The notes: generated by a model from the letters alone, not told the origin. 64,000 nt of DNA from Marsupella aquatica (GCA_973895155.1 OZ316895.1:5910687-5974686), one strand, 5' to 3'; positions 37,999 through 48,248 are shown, counted from the stretch's first letter. Numbers and translations: made by a program.

Positions 37999-40234
37999 GG
38001 GTGATGTTGCAGCAGGTCTAGCAAGTACCTTGTTGGGGGCGGCCACTAACATTGTGCGCACCCCATTATTTTCAGCAACAGATATATTGGCATTGGGAGT
38101 TAGTCCAGCTGAAGTGTTCAGATTGGTGGCCACATTATGTGAAGACACTCCAGTTGTTGCTTCTCGTGCAGACACAATGCATAAATCTGAAGTTGTGGAG
38201 TTGATTCCACCTATTGCTAGTGGTGAAACATGGGCAGCAGCAGCGGCGAGGTTGATGGAGTTACCAGCACGCCCTGCCTTTGAGAGAACTAGGTTTAAAC
38301 CTAGTGTGGTATCATTGGATAATCGGAGTGATATCTTTCGATTAATTGGGCCTTTTGGAGCAATATACCAGCCAGAACGAGTGTTATTGGATACTGGTGC
38401 TCAGCCCTTGATGTTGGGTAAGTCTGCGATACAAGGATTGGGATTGTGTCCAGATGATTTGGAGGAGTGTCCTTTTCCCATTCAGACTTCATTGGGAGGA
38501 CCTACACCCAAACAGCATATCACCAGACGAGCACTTGAACTTAGGATTCGAGAGGATCATCCAAAGGATAACTCACGGATCCAGGCTCAAGCTATTTTGA
38601 CTAAGGCTAAGTCGTATGATGTGTTAGTGGGATGTACAGTACTTTATCCTATGGGATTTATTCTTGATTTTTGGGATGAGTCGGTGTCGTATCGACCCGA
38701 TTGGCAATCTGGAGATGCTCGATTGAGCCAATTGCCAATGCGATTTAGTGGACCTGTGGGAGGTCCTAAATCTGCACCATTGTCTTTGGCAGCATTCAGT
38801 AGTTTGATTACTGGATCTGATGAGTTGATTGAAGGTAATGCACATGCAGCAGATGTTCCGGCAATGGAGGAGCCACGTGAGGAACACATGATGGGTGTAT
38901 TACCTGTTGATACCATTGTGGCACCAGTATGGGGTACTGGAGAGGCCTTGCAACAAAATGCGACCCAATTGATACATGATGCCTGGCGTCATGCTTTTAC
39001 ACCGGAGTCAGGAGCACAACAGTCTTTTGCAGATGGACCGGTGACCCTTTCACCATTGGATACTACTCCTATTGTGTGGCAGTATCTAGAGGAGGGTATT
39101 TGTTTGTTGGATTTATTTGGTGGGATTAGCACTGGATTGGCTGCTATTCTTCAAGCAGGAATTCCTGTGCGTCGTTACTTGTACGTGGAAAATGATGAGA
39201 TAACACGGAGGATCTCACTACGTCATGTAGCGATGATGGTGGAACGTTATCCACATTTGTTGCCAGTGGATGCCGTTCGTGGTTATCAGCATGCATTGCC
39301 TGCTGATATTTCATTATTGGGAGTGGATTATTTGGATCGTGTTGGCCCCATTGATTTGGTGATTGCGGGTTGGCCATGTCAGGGTCAATCTCGGGCTGGA
39401 ATTGGACATGGATTTCATGATCCAAGATCTGCATTATTTTGGGAGATGTTACGTGTGTTGCGCCATCTTCAGATGCATCAGACACATTCTCCTGCATACA
39501 TTTTGGAGAATGTCTCATTATTGGGTGATGATCATCATCGAATTGTTGCTAGTGTTCATCAGGTTCGATCTTGGATTGGACCTGCTGTGTTATTGGATGC
39601 TGCACGTGTGGGTTCTCGTGCACATCGTCCACGATTATGGTGGACTAACTTGTTACCATGTGAGGTCTTAAAGCGAGCATTTGATGGTGTACCTCGCTCA
39701 GCAACCTTAGTGATGGATAGTATTTTGGATCCAGGGCGTCGTGCACAAAGTGTTACCCAATCTGATCGAACCCCATTGGCAGTGGTGAATATTGTTGGGC
39801 ATCCGCGTTGTGCATTACCCACTTTTGTGAGCCATTCTGCTTCATACGCATTTCGAGCAGGTGGCCCTGGACTTGTGTGGGATACAGCTCTACAACGACT
39901 AGTAGAGCCTACCGCTAATGAGAGAGAGCGGGCTATGGGATTTTTGACTAGCACCACTGCAGTGGCCTCGGTGTCCGAGCATTCACGTTGTCAAGTCCTT
40001 GGTCAAGCCATGGATTTGAATTGCTTGACTTGGATTATCAGCTTGGGATTAGCTGAACAATTGCGAATGCGCACTTCTAATGTTACAGATCGTCCATTGG
40101 TGAGCTTGCGGCCTATCGAGACAGTAGCGGCCACAGCTGGGGGCGAGCAGATGCTTGATGGACCTATGGCAAGATTGGCCAAGGTAGAACATATTGTTGA
40201 GCAGAAGGAGGTTGCTCAAACTATTGATAAATAG
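37979..40234 (+). CDS. Pol N-terminal part: aspartic protease fused to a C5-cytosine DNA methyltransferase
   Basis: Protease VLLDTGAQ (~38381-38404) and YDVLVG, then a complete MTase domain. The ORF ends at one TAG that is in frame with the downstream RT ORF. Confidence 0.93.
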   Translation: MLISRYKGDVAAGLASTLLGAATNIVRTPLFSATDILALGVSPAEVFRLVATLCEDTPVVASRADTMHKSEVVELIPPIASGETWAAAAARLMELPARPAFERTRFKPSVVSLDNRSDIFRLIGPFGAIYQPERVLLDTGAQPLMLGKSAIQGLGLCPDDLEECPFPIQTSLGGPTPKQHITRRALELRIREDHPKDNSRIQAQAILTKAKSYDVLVGCTVLYPMGFILDFWDESVSYRPDWQSGDARLSQLPMRFSGPVGGPKSAPLSLAAFSSLITGSDELIEGNAHAADVPAMEEPREEHMMGVLPVDTIVAPVWGTGEALQQNATQLIHDAWRHAFTPESGAQQSFADGPVTLSPLDTTPIVWQYLEEGICLLDLFGGISTGLAAILQAGIPVRRYLYVENDEITRRISLRHVAMMVERYPHLLPVDAVRGYQHALPADISLLGVDYLDRVGPIDLVIAGWPCQGQSRAGIGHGFHDPRSALFWEMLRVLRHLQMHQTHSPAYILENVSLLGDDHHRIVASVHQVRSWIGPAVLLDAARVGSRAHRPRLWWTNLLPCEVLKRAFDGVPRSATLVMDSILDPGRRAQSVTQSDRTPLAVVNIVGHPRCALPTFVSHSASYAFRAGGPGLVWDTALQRLVEPTANERERAMGFLTSTTAVASVSEHSRCQVLGQAMDLNCLTWIISLGLAEQLRMRTSNVTDRPLVSLRPIETVAATAGGEQMLDGPMARLAKVEHIVEQKEVAQTIDK
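39095..40040 (+). other. DNMT3-like C5-methyltransferase catalytic domain (within Pol)
   Basis: Motifs in canonical order: I LDLFGGISTG, II RYLYVEND, III ADI, IV GPIDLVIAGWPCQGQS (catalytic PC), V LFWEMLRVL, VI YILENV, VII VLLDAARV, VIII AHRPRLWWTNL, IX ERERAMGF, X RCQVLGQAMDL. Confidence 0.93.
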
Positions 40235-40257
40235 CAACGAGCGACTGACTCTTCCAT

Positions 40258-40445
40258 CCATAGCCCACGGCTTGTGGCCTCTTCATCTCCAAAGGAAGAC
40301 GTCACAGTTTTGATGGAGAGTCACAGCCCACGGCTTGTGGCCTCTTCAACTCCAACGGAAGACGTCATAACTTTGAAGGAGAGTCATAGCCCGCGGCTTG
40401 TGACCTCTTCAACTCCAAAGGAAGATGTCACAGCTTTGATGGAGA
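40258..40445 (+). repeat. Three 60-bp in-frame repeats in the MTase-RT linker (SHSPRLVASSTPKEDVTxLME)
   Basis: ca(c/t)agccc(a/g)cggcttgtg(g/a)cctcttca at ~40259, 40322 and 40385; same core as the 5' leader array. Confidence 0.9.
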
Positions 40446-43270
40446 GTTGGGAACCACAGATTGGTCCTAAGTTGACCGGGAGGGAGAGACGTTGCATGCA
40501 TCAATTCTTGAAGAGTTATTGGAATTGTTTTGCATTTAGTATGAAGGATTTGGGGACATTGAAGGGTCTTGGTATTCAGATCGAATTGGCTAGTGATGCG
40601 CCAATCTTTCGACGACCGTATCGGTATAGTGACATGGAGAGGGCTTTGATCCAGAGTAGAACTCAGGATTTGTTGGAGGCTGGTTTGGTGGAGATCTCAT
40701 ACGGGGAGTATGCATCTGCCACAGTGATGCCAGCCAAGAAGGATGTGCATGGCAATTACACAGATAGGCGAATGTGTGGTGATTATCGACCTATTAATCG
40801 TCAGACAAAATCTGATCGATATGCCATGCCAACACCGGAGGAGATCTTTGATGCTGTGGGGCATGCAAAGATATTTAGTTCGTTGGACCTCAAGGCAGGG
40901 TACCATCAATTGCCAATTAGGCATTCGGATAGATCCAAAACAGCATTTTGGGGAATTGATTCTTATGGCAAAGATCGTTTGTATCAGTGGTTGTTCTTAC
41001 CATTTGGGTTGAAGAATGCACCAGCTGAATTCCAAAGAGTTATGGATCGAATTCTTGCAGGTTTGGATTTTGTGAGATGTTACATTGATGATATTTTGGT
41101 CTATTCTTCGACTGTGGAAGAACATCAAAGACACTTGCAGATTGTGTTGGAGAGATTGAGAGAACATGGATTGAAACTCCATCCTGGCAAATGTAAGTTC
41201 TTCCAAGACAAAATTGAGTATTTGGGCCACACTATCTACCCAGGAGGATTGGGTGTGCAAGAGACTAAGGTGGAGGCCATTACACAAATTCCTCGTCCTA
41301 CTGATGTGAGTAGAGTTCGTGCATTCTTGGGATTGGCGAGCTATTATAGACGGTATGTGAAAGGATTTAGCCAACTTGCTAAACCTTTAACTATACTCAC
41401 TAAGTTGGACCAGGAGTGGATTTGGGGTGACGACCAAGAGCATGCTTTCCAAGAATTGAAGGAAAGATTGGCGTCAACACCTATTTTGAGAAGACCCGTT
41501 TCGGGACGACCATTTCAACTACACACTGATTGGAGTGGAGTAGGACTTGGAGCAGTGCTGACTCAGAAGGATGATGAGGGGAATGAGTTTGTTGTGGCAT
41601 ATGCCAGTAGATCAAACAATTCAGCAGAGGCTAAGTATAGCTCGTATGAGGGAGAGTGTTTGGCAGCTATGTGGGCTGTGGCACATTTCCGTTGCTATTT
41701 GTTTGGTAATCCGTTCACCTTGATCACTGATCACCAGCCCCTCAAGTGGTTAATGGAGTCTAACAAGCTTACAGGAAAGCTTGCACGATGGGCATTGTTG
41801 TTACAAGAGTATGATTTCCAGGTTGTACATAGGCCTGGTAAAGTGAACTTGGATGCGGATGGGTTGAGCCGTAATCCATGTACCAATCAAGAGGATGAGA
41901 CTGGAGCTCGATGGCATGATGAGTCGGATAAGGAGAGTGTGCCAGGATGGCATGCATTTGCCTTTCTTTGTTGGGTTCCAACATATAGTGGATCTATGGA
42001 CTCTACTTCATTGGATGGGGTAGACGTTGAGTCTTCAGATATGGATGTTGATGAGGTAGTTTTTGGGCAGCAAGATATTCATAACGACAAAAGAGTGTTG
42101 GAATATTTGCGTGGTGGCTCCATTGTTGGCAATTGTGATGCTAAGGAGCGAGATAGGGTTCTACAACGAGCCAAGAGGTTTCGATGGGAAGGAAACCATC
42201 TTTTGAGGATACTACGTGATGGCAAGGTGTTGGTTGTACCAAAACCGTCACAACGAGTACGTTTGGTGCGACATGCGCATGAGGAGTTGGGTCACTTTGG
42301 TGTGAAACGCACATATAGCTTGTTGCAGACACAGTATTGGTGGTGTGGTATGCGCACTGAGGTCCAACAATTGATTGCTAAGTGTGTGGTATGTGATCGA
42401 GTGCGAGCATCGTTCAATGCTCCCACTCCCCAATTGCATCCGCTATCGATAATGGGTTTGGGATATCGATGGAGTTTGGACTTTGCTGGTCCATTACCTC
42501 TTACCCAACGTCATAATCGATATATTTTGGTTATGGTGGAGCACTTCTCCAAGTGGATTGAACTAGTGGCATTGCCAGATAAAGCTGGTGGAGGAGTGGC
42601 TATCACATTTTTGGATCGAGTACTCAGTCATTTTGGAGCACCAGCTGAGGTGTTGACTGATCAGGGTACGGAATTTCATGGAGAGTTTGAGGGTTTGTGT
42701 GAGAAAGCTCTTATTGATCATCGTACTACTTCTCGTGATCATCCTGAGGCAGATGGATTGGCAGAGAGAGTTGTACAAACCGTGAAGAGAGGATTGCATA
42801 AGTATGGCTTGCAGGTTGGTCATTTGGGAGATTGGGATCTCCAGCTACCTTGGTTAGCTATGGGTTACCGTTTTAGTCGACAAGCATCACTTGCATCCTT
42901 CTCACCTTATTTCTTGCTCTATGGTAGAGAGCCAGATTTGTCAGCGGCTATTCGTCGTGATGTGGCAATTGTTGTGGATTTGGACGATCCCGATGTTTGG
43001 GTCAAGGTGTGTTCAGAAAGGGCACGAGTTTTTGAGAGAGTCATGCCCATGGCCTTTGACAACCTTGCCATTGCCCAACATCGTGATACTTTGAGGTATG
43101 CCACTATTCGTGGAGGAGGTTATCGTGCGAGGATTCGACGGTTTCATCTTGGTGATTTTGTTTATTTGCAGCAAACAGCACCCACGACACTTGATGTGAC
43201 CGCAGGTCGGACAATCTTACGTGTGCGTGAAGTGTTGTCTTTCTGGTGTCCTAATGTTGGAAGGACGTAA
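40274..43270 (+). CDS. pol: Pol C-terminal part: reverse transcriptase, RNase H, DDE integrase
   Basis: RT: RMCGDYRPIN, SLDLKAGYHQ, LPFGLKNAPAEFQ, YIDD (41081-41092). RNase H: LHTDWSGVGLGAVL, YEGECLA, TDHQPL. Integrase: HEELGH...CVVC, LDFAGPLP, LTDQGTEF, GLAERVVQTVK. Confidence 0.97.
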   Translation: MASSSPKEDVTVLMESHSPRLVASSTPTEDVITLKESHSPRLVTSSTPKEDVTALMESWEPQIGPKLTGRERRCMHQFLKSYWNCFAFSMKDLGTLKGLGIQIELASDAPIFRRPYRYSDMERALIQSRTQDLLEAGLVEISYGEYASATVMPAKKDVHGNYTDRRMCGDYRPINRQTKSDRYAMPTPEEIFDAVGHAKIFSSLDLKAGYHQLPIRHSDRSKTAFWGIDSYGKDRLYQWLFLPFGLKNAPAEFQRVMDRILAGLDFVRCYIDDILVYSSTVEEHQRHLQIVLERLREHGLKLHPGKCKFFQDKIEYLGHTIYPGGLGVQETKVEAITQIPRPTDVSRVRAFLGLASYYRRYVKGFSQLAKPLTILTKLDQEWIWGDDQEHAFQELKERLASTPILRRPVSGRPFQLHTDWSGVGLGAVLTQKDDEGNEFVVAYASRSNNSAEAKYSSYEGECLAAMWAVAHFRCYLFGNPFTLITDHQPLKWLMESNKLTGKLARWALLLQEYDFQVVHRPGKVNLDADGLSRNPCTNQEDETGARWHDESDKESVPGWHAFAFLCWVPTYSGSMDSTSLDGVDVESSDMDVDEVVFGQQDIHNDKRVLEYLRGGSIVGNCDAKERDRVLQRAKRFRWEGNHLLRILRDGKVLVVPKPSQRVRLVRHAHEELGHFGVKRTYSLLQTQYWWCGMRTEVQQLIAKCVVCDRVRASFNAPTPQLHPLSIMGLGYRWSLDFAGPLPLTQRHNRYILVMVEHFSKWIELVALPDKAGGGVAITFLDRVLSHFGAPAEVLTDQGTEFHGEFEGLCEKALIDHRTTSRDHPEADGLAERVVQTVKRGLHKYGLQVGHLGDWDLQLPWLAMGYRFSRQASLASFSPYFLLYGREPDLSAAIRRDVAIVVDLDDPDVWVKVCSERARVFERVMPMAFDNLAIAQHRDTLRYATIRGGGYRARIRRFHLGDFVYLQQTAPTTLDVTAGRTILRVREVLSFWCPNVGRT

Positions 43271-43517
43271 TGGTATGGTTTGGAAGGATCATGTGCACAA
43301 TTGTGCACCATGTCATCTTTCAAACATTGACGATACAGTAGATCCAAGTTTGGCTCATGTTCGTGCCGGCTTGAAGTGTATGTTGTGTGGATCTGCTCAA
43401 GGAGCAGCCACTATGTTGATTTGTGATAAGTGTTCTAGAGGATGGCACATGTCGTGTTTGACACCACCATTAGAGGTGATTCCTAGTGGATCATGGTTGT
43501 GTCCTCAATGTCGGTGA
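43240..43517 (+). CDS. Integrase C-terminal extension with PHD finger (separated from Pol by a 1-nt frameshift near 43240)
   Basis: CMLC-x11-CDKC-x4-H-x2-C-LTPPLEVIPSGSWLCPQC is a canonical C4HC3 PHD finger. Confidence 0.9.
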
Positions 43518-43681
43518 AGCCGACTAGTTACCATTGGTGTTCTCATGGAAGGTATAGATTGCAGGAAGGTGAACGATGGGGCTCACTTGCACCCGGCCTC
43601 CTGATCTCTACACTTAAAAAGGTGTATATCAACCTTGTAGAACTTATGGCTAGCTAGAGTTAGGGGACCTCACTCCCAGCT

Positions 43682-43689
43682 AGGGGGGC
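43682..43689 (+). promoter_or_regulatory. Polypurine tract (aggggggc)
   Basis: G-run directly abutting the first base of repeat B1. Confidence 0.7.
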
Positions 43690-43833
43690 GATTGTGAGTT
43701 TTGGACATGTGTGGATAGGAGTTCCACTTGTACTCCATTCTCTTATGTTTGTGATGTTGATTGTGACTATATATGCTTAGATATGTGTGACAAACGATGT
43801 ATGTTGTGTAGCGATGTTTATGCGCACGACAGC
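43690..43833 (+). repeat. Repeat B1 (144 bp; inferred 5' part of U3)
   Basis: gattgtgagttttggac...gcgcacgacagc, repeated at 44164-44303. Confidence 0.95.
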
Positions 43834-44163
43834 TGTCACACCATTATGAGTGGTAGTATAGGATATCGGACTATGTAGGTTTGAGGCTTTCATATGTGTG
43901 TTATCTAAGTGGTTTAGGGTTAGTGTATGTTTGTGAGGGATAGTTATATATCTCTTTGTGTTGGCTCAAAGGTCTCATCTTTTGATGTTGAGCCTTTCGA
44001 GCACAAACTCTAGCGGCTATGGTGTGGCTATCTAGGTTGTGTGTACGTAACGTGGATTCCTTGAGGCGCAAGGTGCGTTTGGCTTGACATAAGTGTGTGA
44101 TCGCGTCAGACAAGATTGTGTGTTTGATTGGCATCAATCATTGTTCGATTATTCTTGAAGATT
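43834..44163 (+). repeat. Repeat A2 (330 bp)
   Basis: tgtcacaccattatgag...attcttgaagatt, a copy of 34730-35059. Confidence 0.95.
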
Positions 44164-44303
44164 GATTGTGAGTTTTGGACATGTGTGGATAGGAGTTCCA
44201 CTTATACTCCATTCTCTTATGTTTGTGATGTTGATTGTGACTATGCTTAGATATGTGTGACAAGCGATGTATGTTGTGTAGCGATGTTTATGCGCACGAC
44301 AGC
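44164..44303 (+). repeat. Repeat B2 (140 bp), right terminus of the element
   Basis: Copy of B1 with two transitions and a 4-bp (tata) deletion; ends cacgACA(gc). Confidence 0.93.
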
Positions 44304-47300
44304 CGTGGTACCCCAAAATATACACTTAGTTAACCCCCTGAGGGCCAATGGAACACAACCCTAACTAAGTGTAGTTTTTACTATACTAAAAGGGTATGTA
44401 CTTACAAGGAAATGAAATCTGATGGGAAATGCTACTATTGCCCTCAAAACAACATTAATACACTTAAATGCGTAAGCCATTTTTCACTTTTTACCGTTTT
44501 GGCAAAAGTAATGGGAATTTTCCCTCTACCCAATGCAAATCAAGACTGTATGTCTTTATGAGAACTCCCATGAAAGTTGTGGAAGCCTATCAGTTGCGGA
44601 ACTTGACTACCTTAACACTTAGCTCCGGCGGCGCTGACTCCACGCCGAGCTCCCCTATGGTCCAGGCCCGGAACAACCATCTAGGGGGGACTTGTGGGCA
44701 ATGGGGCGTGGCACTGGCAAAGGCAAGGCGCTAAGCTGATGATATACACTAAGGACTTAGATTAGCTGAGGGCTAGTCCGGTCAAGGGGAAAGGGCTAGA
44801 CTCAAGGTCGACCATCCGGACCTCGGACGGACTTTGAGTTCAGAGGGCTTGATTGAGTTTAGGGTTTAGGGTTTAGAGCTCCTCTTGGGCCTAAGGCAAA
44901 TGGAGTTTACTCCATGGGCAACAAACGCTTGGGGCATGAGTTACGGCCCGATCCAGGTTTGGCCGATCCGGGGTCCCGGGCGACAACGGGATCTGAGAGC
45001 TTAGGCATGAGCATCATTCGGCCTAATCACAACTGTCTAAGGCATTCCGTTTACAGACGTCTAACTAGAAAGTTATGGGCGTAGCCAATTGGTGGCGCGC
45101 CCAGAAGTGCGTTGGGGTCCAAATGGGGGACCAAAGTAGGTCCGGGGGTGGCAGGTCTCCAAAAACATATATGAGGGGAGTGGTGTCTCCCTAGGGGCTA
45201 AGGGCGAGCCGAAGTCATGAGCCGCGACGGTCGCAACACCAAGGGAAAACGTCAAACAGAAACGGGTATAACTTCCTAGCGGGAAGTCCGTTGGAGAACT
45301 TCTTGAGTGCGTTGGAAATCTCTCGAGGAGGGCTACGTCCTCCTGAGCTCAGATGGGTCTAGGGGTGCCATGGATTATCGGGGTTTGTTGGGGCTATCTC
45401 GCCCGCTTGCCAAATCCTGCTGAAATAGCAGTCAAACCACGTTCAGTCTCCAAAGGGAGCTTGCGTTGGGGAGGCAAGGCCAAGTATGCATGGAGGTTGA
45501 GTTCAAGGGTACTTGGCCCCTAAGCCGTCAGTGGGGTGAGAACCGGGAGTTGGTTGCCTGAGTCGGGGCCATTCTGGTCCGACGTGTTGGGACAAGCTTG
45601 GGACGAGCTTTAGGACAAGCTACGCTATTTGGGCCATGAGCATGTCTTGGGGGCAGGGTGGTCAGTTGGTGATGGATAGGTACAAGGGGGAACCCGGGCT
45701 GCACCCAAAGAGGGGCCGTTCAGGACGAACAGCGGGTGTCGGCTTTGGTTCCCGCTTATGGCAACGGGATGACCGATCGTTGACCTACTTACCAAATGTC
45801 TATTGAGCTTGAGTTAGGATGCTATACTTGGGGAAATCTAGATCCTGTCGGGTTACTTACTGAGGTACTTGGTTGCTTGTGCAGACTGTGAGAATCGTTG
45901 AGTAACAGTCATGTTAGGGAGCAAGTGCGGCTTCGTATGGGAGGGGTCGCGATCGGTGCAAGGGGCACCAAGTTGCTTGCTCGAGGAGTTTCGTGGGGGC
46001 TTTCGGGCACCAGGGGCACTTAGGCGTGGGTGCTGGGATTGGTGAGGGCGTTGGGTGGCAAGGTCCACCACTCTATCTTTTGTTCCCTTAAGGAAGTAGT
46101 GTGGGCTCAACACTTAACCTGTAACCTTAATTACGGTCCATTAGCGTTAGGCATGACTATTGTGCAAACAATTTGGACTATAGCCTATGAATGTGATATC
46201 TGGTAGAAATTTAGGATTCTGCAAAACTGCAATGAAGTGCTAACAATGAGTTACTTATCAACCTTTTTGCTTGTGACCATCATCCCCTGGAATTTGGGGA
46301 TGATGGTTGAAAGGCAGCTGGGCTGTTGATTAGCTTGTGATGATTTTTTGTTAATTCCCTGGAATTTGGGGATGAGACTTGAAAGGCAGCTGGGCTTTGA
46401 GCCTGATGTGGCTCTTCGTGCTTCATTGGGGGTGACAGCAGGGAAAGAGAGGAGACATATAATACTGTTGTTGGGAAAGCTTTGCCCCAAAAATCTTTTC
46501 AAAGCCTAAAGTCTGGTGTTGACCTGTAAAGTATTTCTCCAGATGAAAAGTGAGTTCTTATAAAGCTACCGGACAGTGGGAATGAGCCGGGTATACAACC
46601 CTAACACAAAGCATTTCTTAGTTTTGTCAAGAAAATCAATGGCCTTGCCTTGACTTGACAAGGATTGAGCCACCGTATGTATCCTAAGGCAAAAGGGATG
46701 GCTGTCTGAATTTGTTAGCAATTGTGGGAACTGAAACTGAAATCCCACTGAAATTTAAACAAATGTTGCTGATCTGTTGGTGTCATAAATGCATCGTACA
46801 GCTTTTTCAAAGCATGTTCGTGACATTACAGACACTTTGTAAAGTCTGTTTTGTGACATTACGGACAGTGTTAGCAGATATGGAGGTTAGACCATACCCC
46901 TCATGGGGCCGGTCAATGCTGCCTCATCAGATTTGTAAAATCAAGTTACGGGATCAACCATGATTTCTCTGTGGCCAAGTTCTGAGACCCGCTTTTAGAG
47001 AAAAACCCAAGTAATCTTTTCGTGGCCAATATGAACTTCCCAAGTGACTGAAATTGAACTGCGGTAGATGCTCTATAAGCTCTTATGATTTTCTTCTTGA
47101 CGGAGGTACTTGAGATGCTTGGTCCTACACCTAGGTGTTAACGTCTCCTGGAGTGATTCATCTTCTCATCAAACGTACTGAAGCACTGCTAGAAATATGT
47201 TAAGTTCAAATCTGGAAAAACGAAATTCTTCAGTGGAGAGTGAGGCAACTGAAGAATTTCGTGGCTGAGCACTCATTTGCCTTGTATTAAGATCCAAGAA

Positions 47301-48248
47301 TGACTTGCTCTGATTTTGCAAGAGGTTCTCTTTCGGGACTCCATTGCTTCCTTTTGATTTTGTAAGAGCTTCGTCTTCGAGTACTTTTTCGTAAGACGAG
47401 AAGTCTCTTGTGTGCGTTAACTCAGAATTTGAAGGTTGCTTAGTTCACCTCCAGACTTAGGTACTGGAGATCCTTGCTCTCTCAGGACGGATATCATAAG
47501 TGGAGCTTCTGGAGCATCTACTGCGGTTCGCACTCAGGAAGTTCACATTGGCCATTAGACGGATCACTCAAGGAGACATGGACACCTAGGTCCAGGAGCA
47601 TGCTTTATAAGTACCGAAGTCTGGAGGTGAAAGGGAGGATGACTCTGGAGGTACAGAAGACAATTAACACCCAGATACCGCACATTAAACAGATGTGAAA
47701 ACAACGCGACAGCTCCAGGCGACAACCTGGGTTTAACTTGATTCAATGAGATGAAAAGAAGCAGATCCATCAAGTAAAATCTTCTTAGAATTGCAACACC
47801 CGGATCTCCGTCTGCTACAAGTGATCGTAGATCATACACCGGACCTGGTTCCTATCTGGGTGGATTTGCAGCTTTTCCAGCTTCAAGCTGAATACTTTCG
47901 CTACAAACAAACTCACATGGTCGCTCAGACTTGCTGTGTACTTTTTCATATACTATACAGAACACATTTGTCCTTTCATTGTAAAGAGAGGCTCTGTCTC
48001 GAAGGGACGTAATTGACGTCCTTAAGACAACTCTTTTCTTCAGTATTTAGATCAATCGTAATTGAACAAAACACTGGATCAACACAGGACAAAACATGGC
48101 ATCTACAAACCACATACATATTATTGTGGCAAAGAATGGTGGGATTTTGCTTCAGCATATTCTCCTATGGCCCCATCTGGTAATTCCACATGAGAAGCTA
48201 TCCTATCGACATTTAAGCTGCTCTCGTCCAGAGGGATACGTTATACAG

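Larger units (their letters stand above)
34730..44301 (+). mobile_element. Ty3/gypsy-type LTR retrotransposon carrying a DNMT3-like methyltransferase and a PHD finger, with split terminal repeats A1...B1-A2-B2; this copy is defective
   Basis: Termini TGTC...GACA; 330-bp direct repeats at 34730 and 43834; domain order Gag-PR-(MTase)-RT-RH-INT is the gypsy order. Four in-frame TAG stops and two frameshifts. Confidence 0.95.

Noticed and set aside
37975-38005. Programmed gag-pol ribosomal frameshift
   Set aside because: The second copy is in frame across this point, so a 2-nt deletion in copy 1 is the simpler explanation.
39095-40040. Host DNMT3/DRM gene or bacterial restriction-modification contamination
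   Set aside because: Intronless, in frame with protease and RT inside terminal repeats, no cognate nuclease, and flanked by spliced plant genes.
34730-44303. DIRS/PAT/Ngaro tyrosine-recombinase element, suggested by split repeats plus a methyltransferase
   Set aside because: No tyrosine recombinase ORF is seen. The element has a protease and an HHCC/DDE integrase, and the MTase is a C5-cytosine type rather than the adenine type found in DIRS.
44858-44878. Telomere-like tttaggg x2-3
   Set aside because: Too short to be an interstitial telomere; such telo-box motifs are common.
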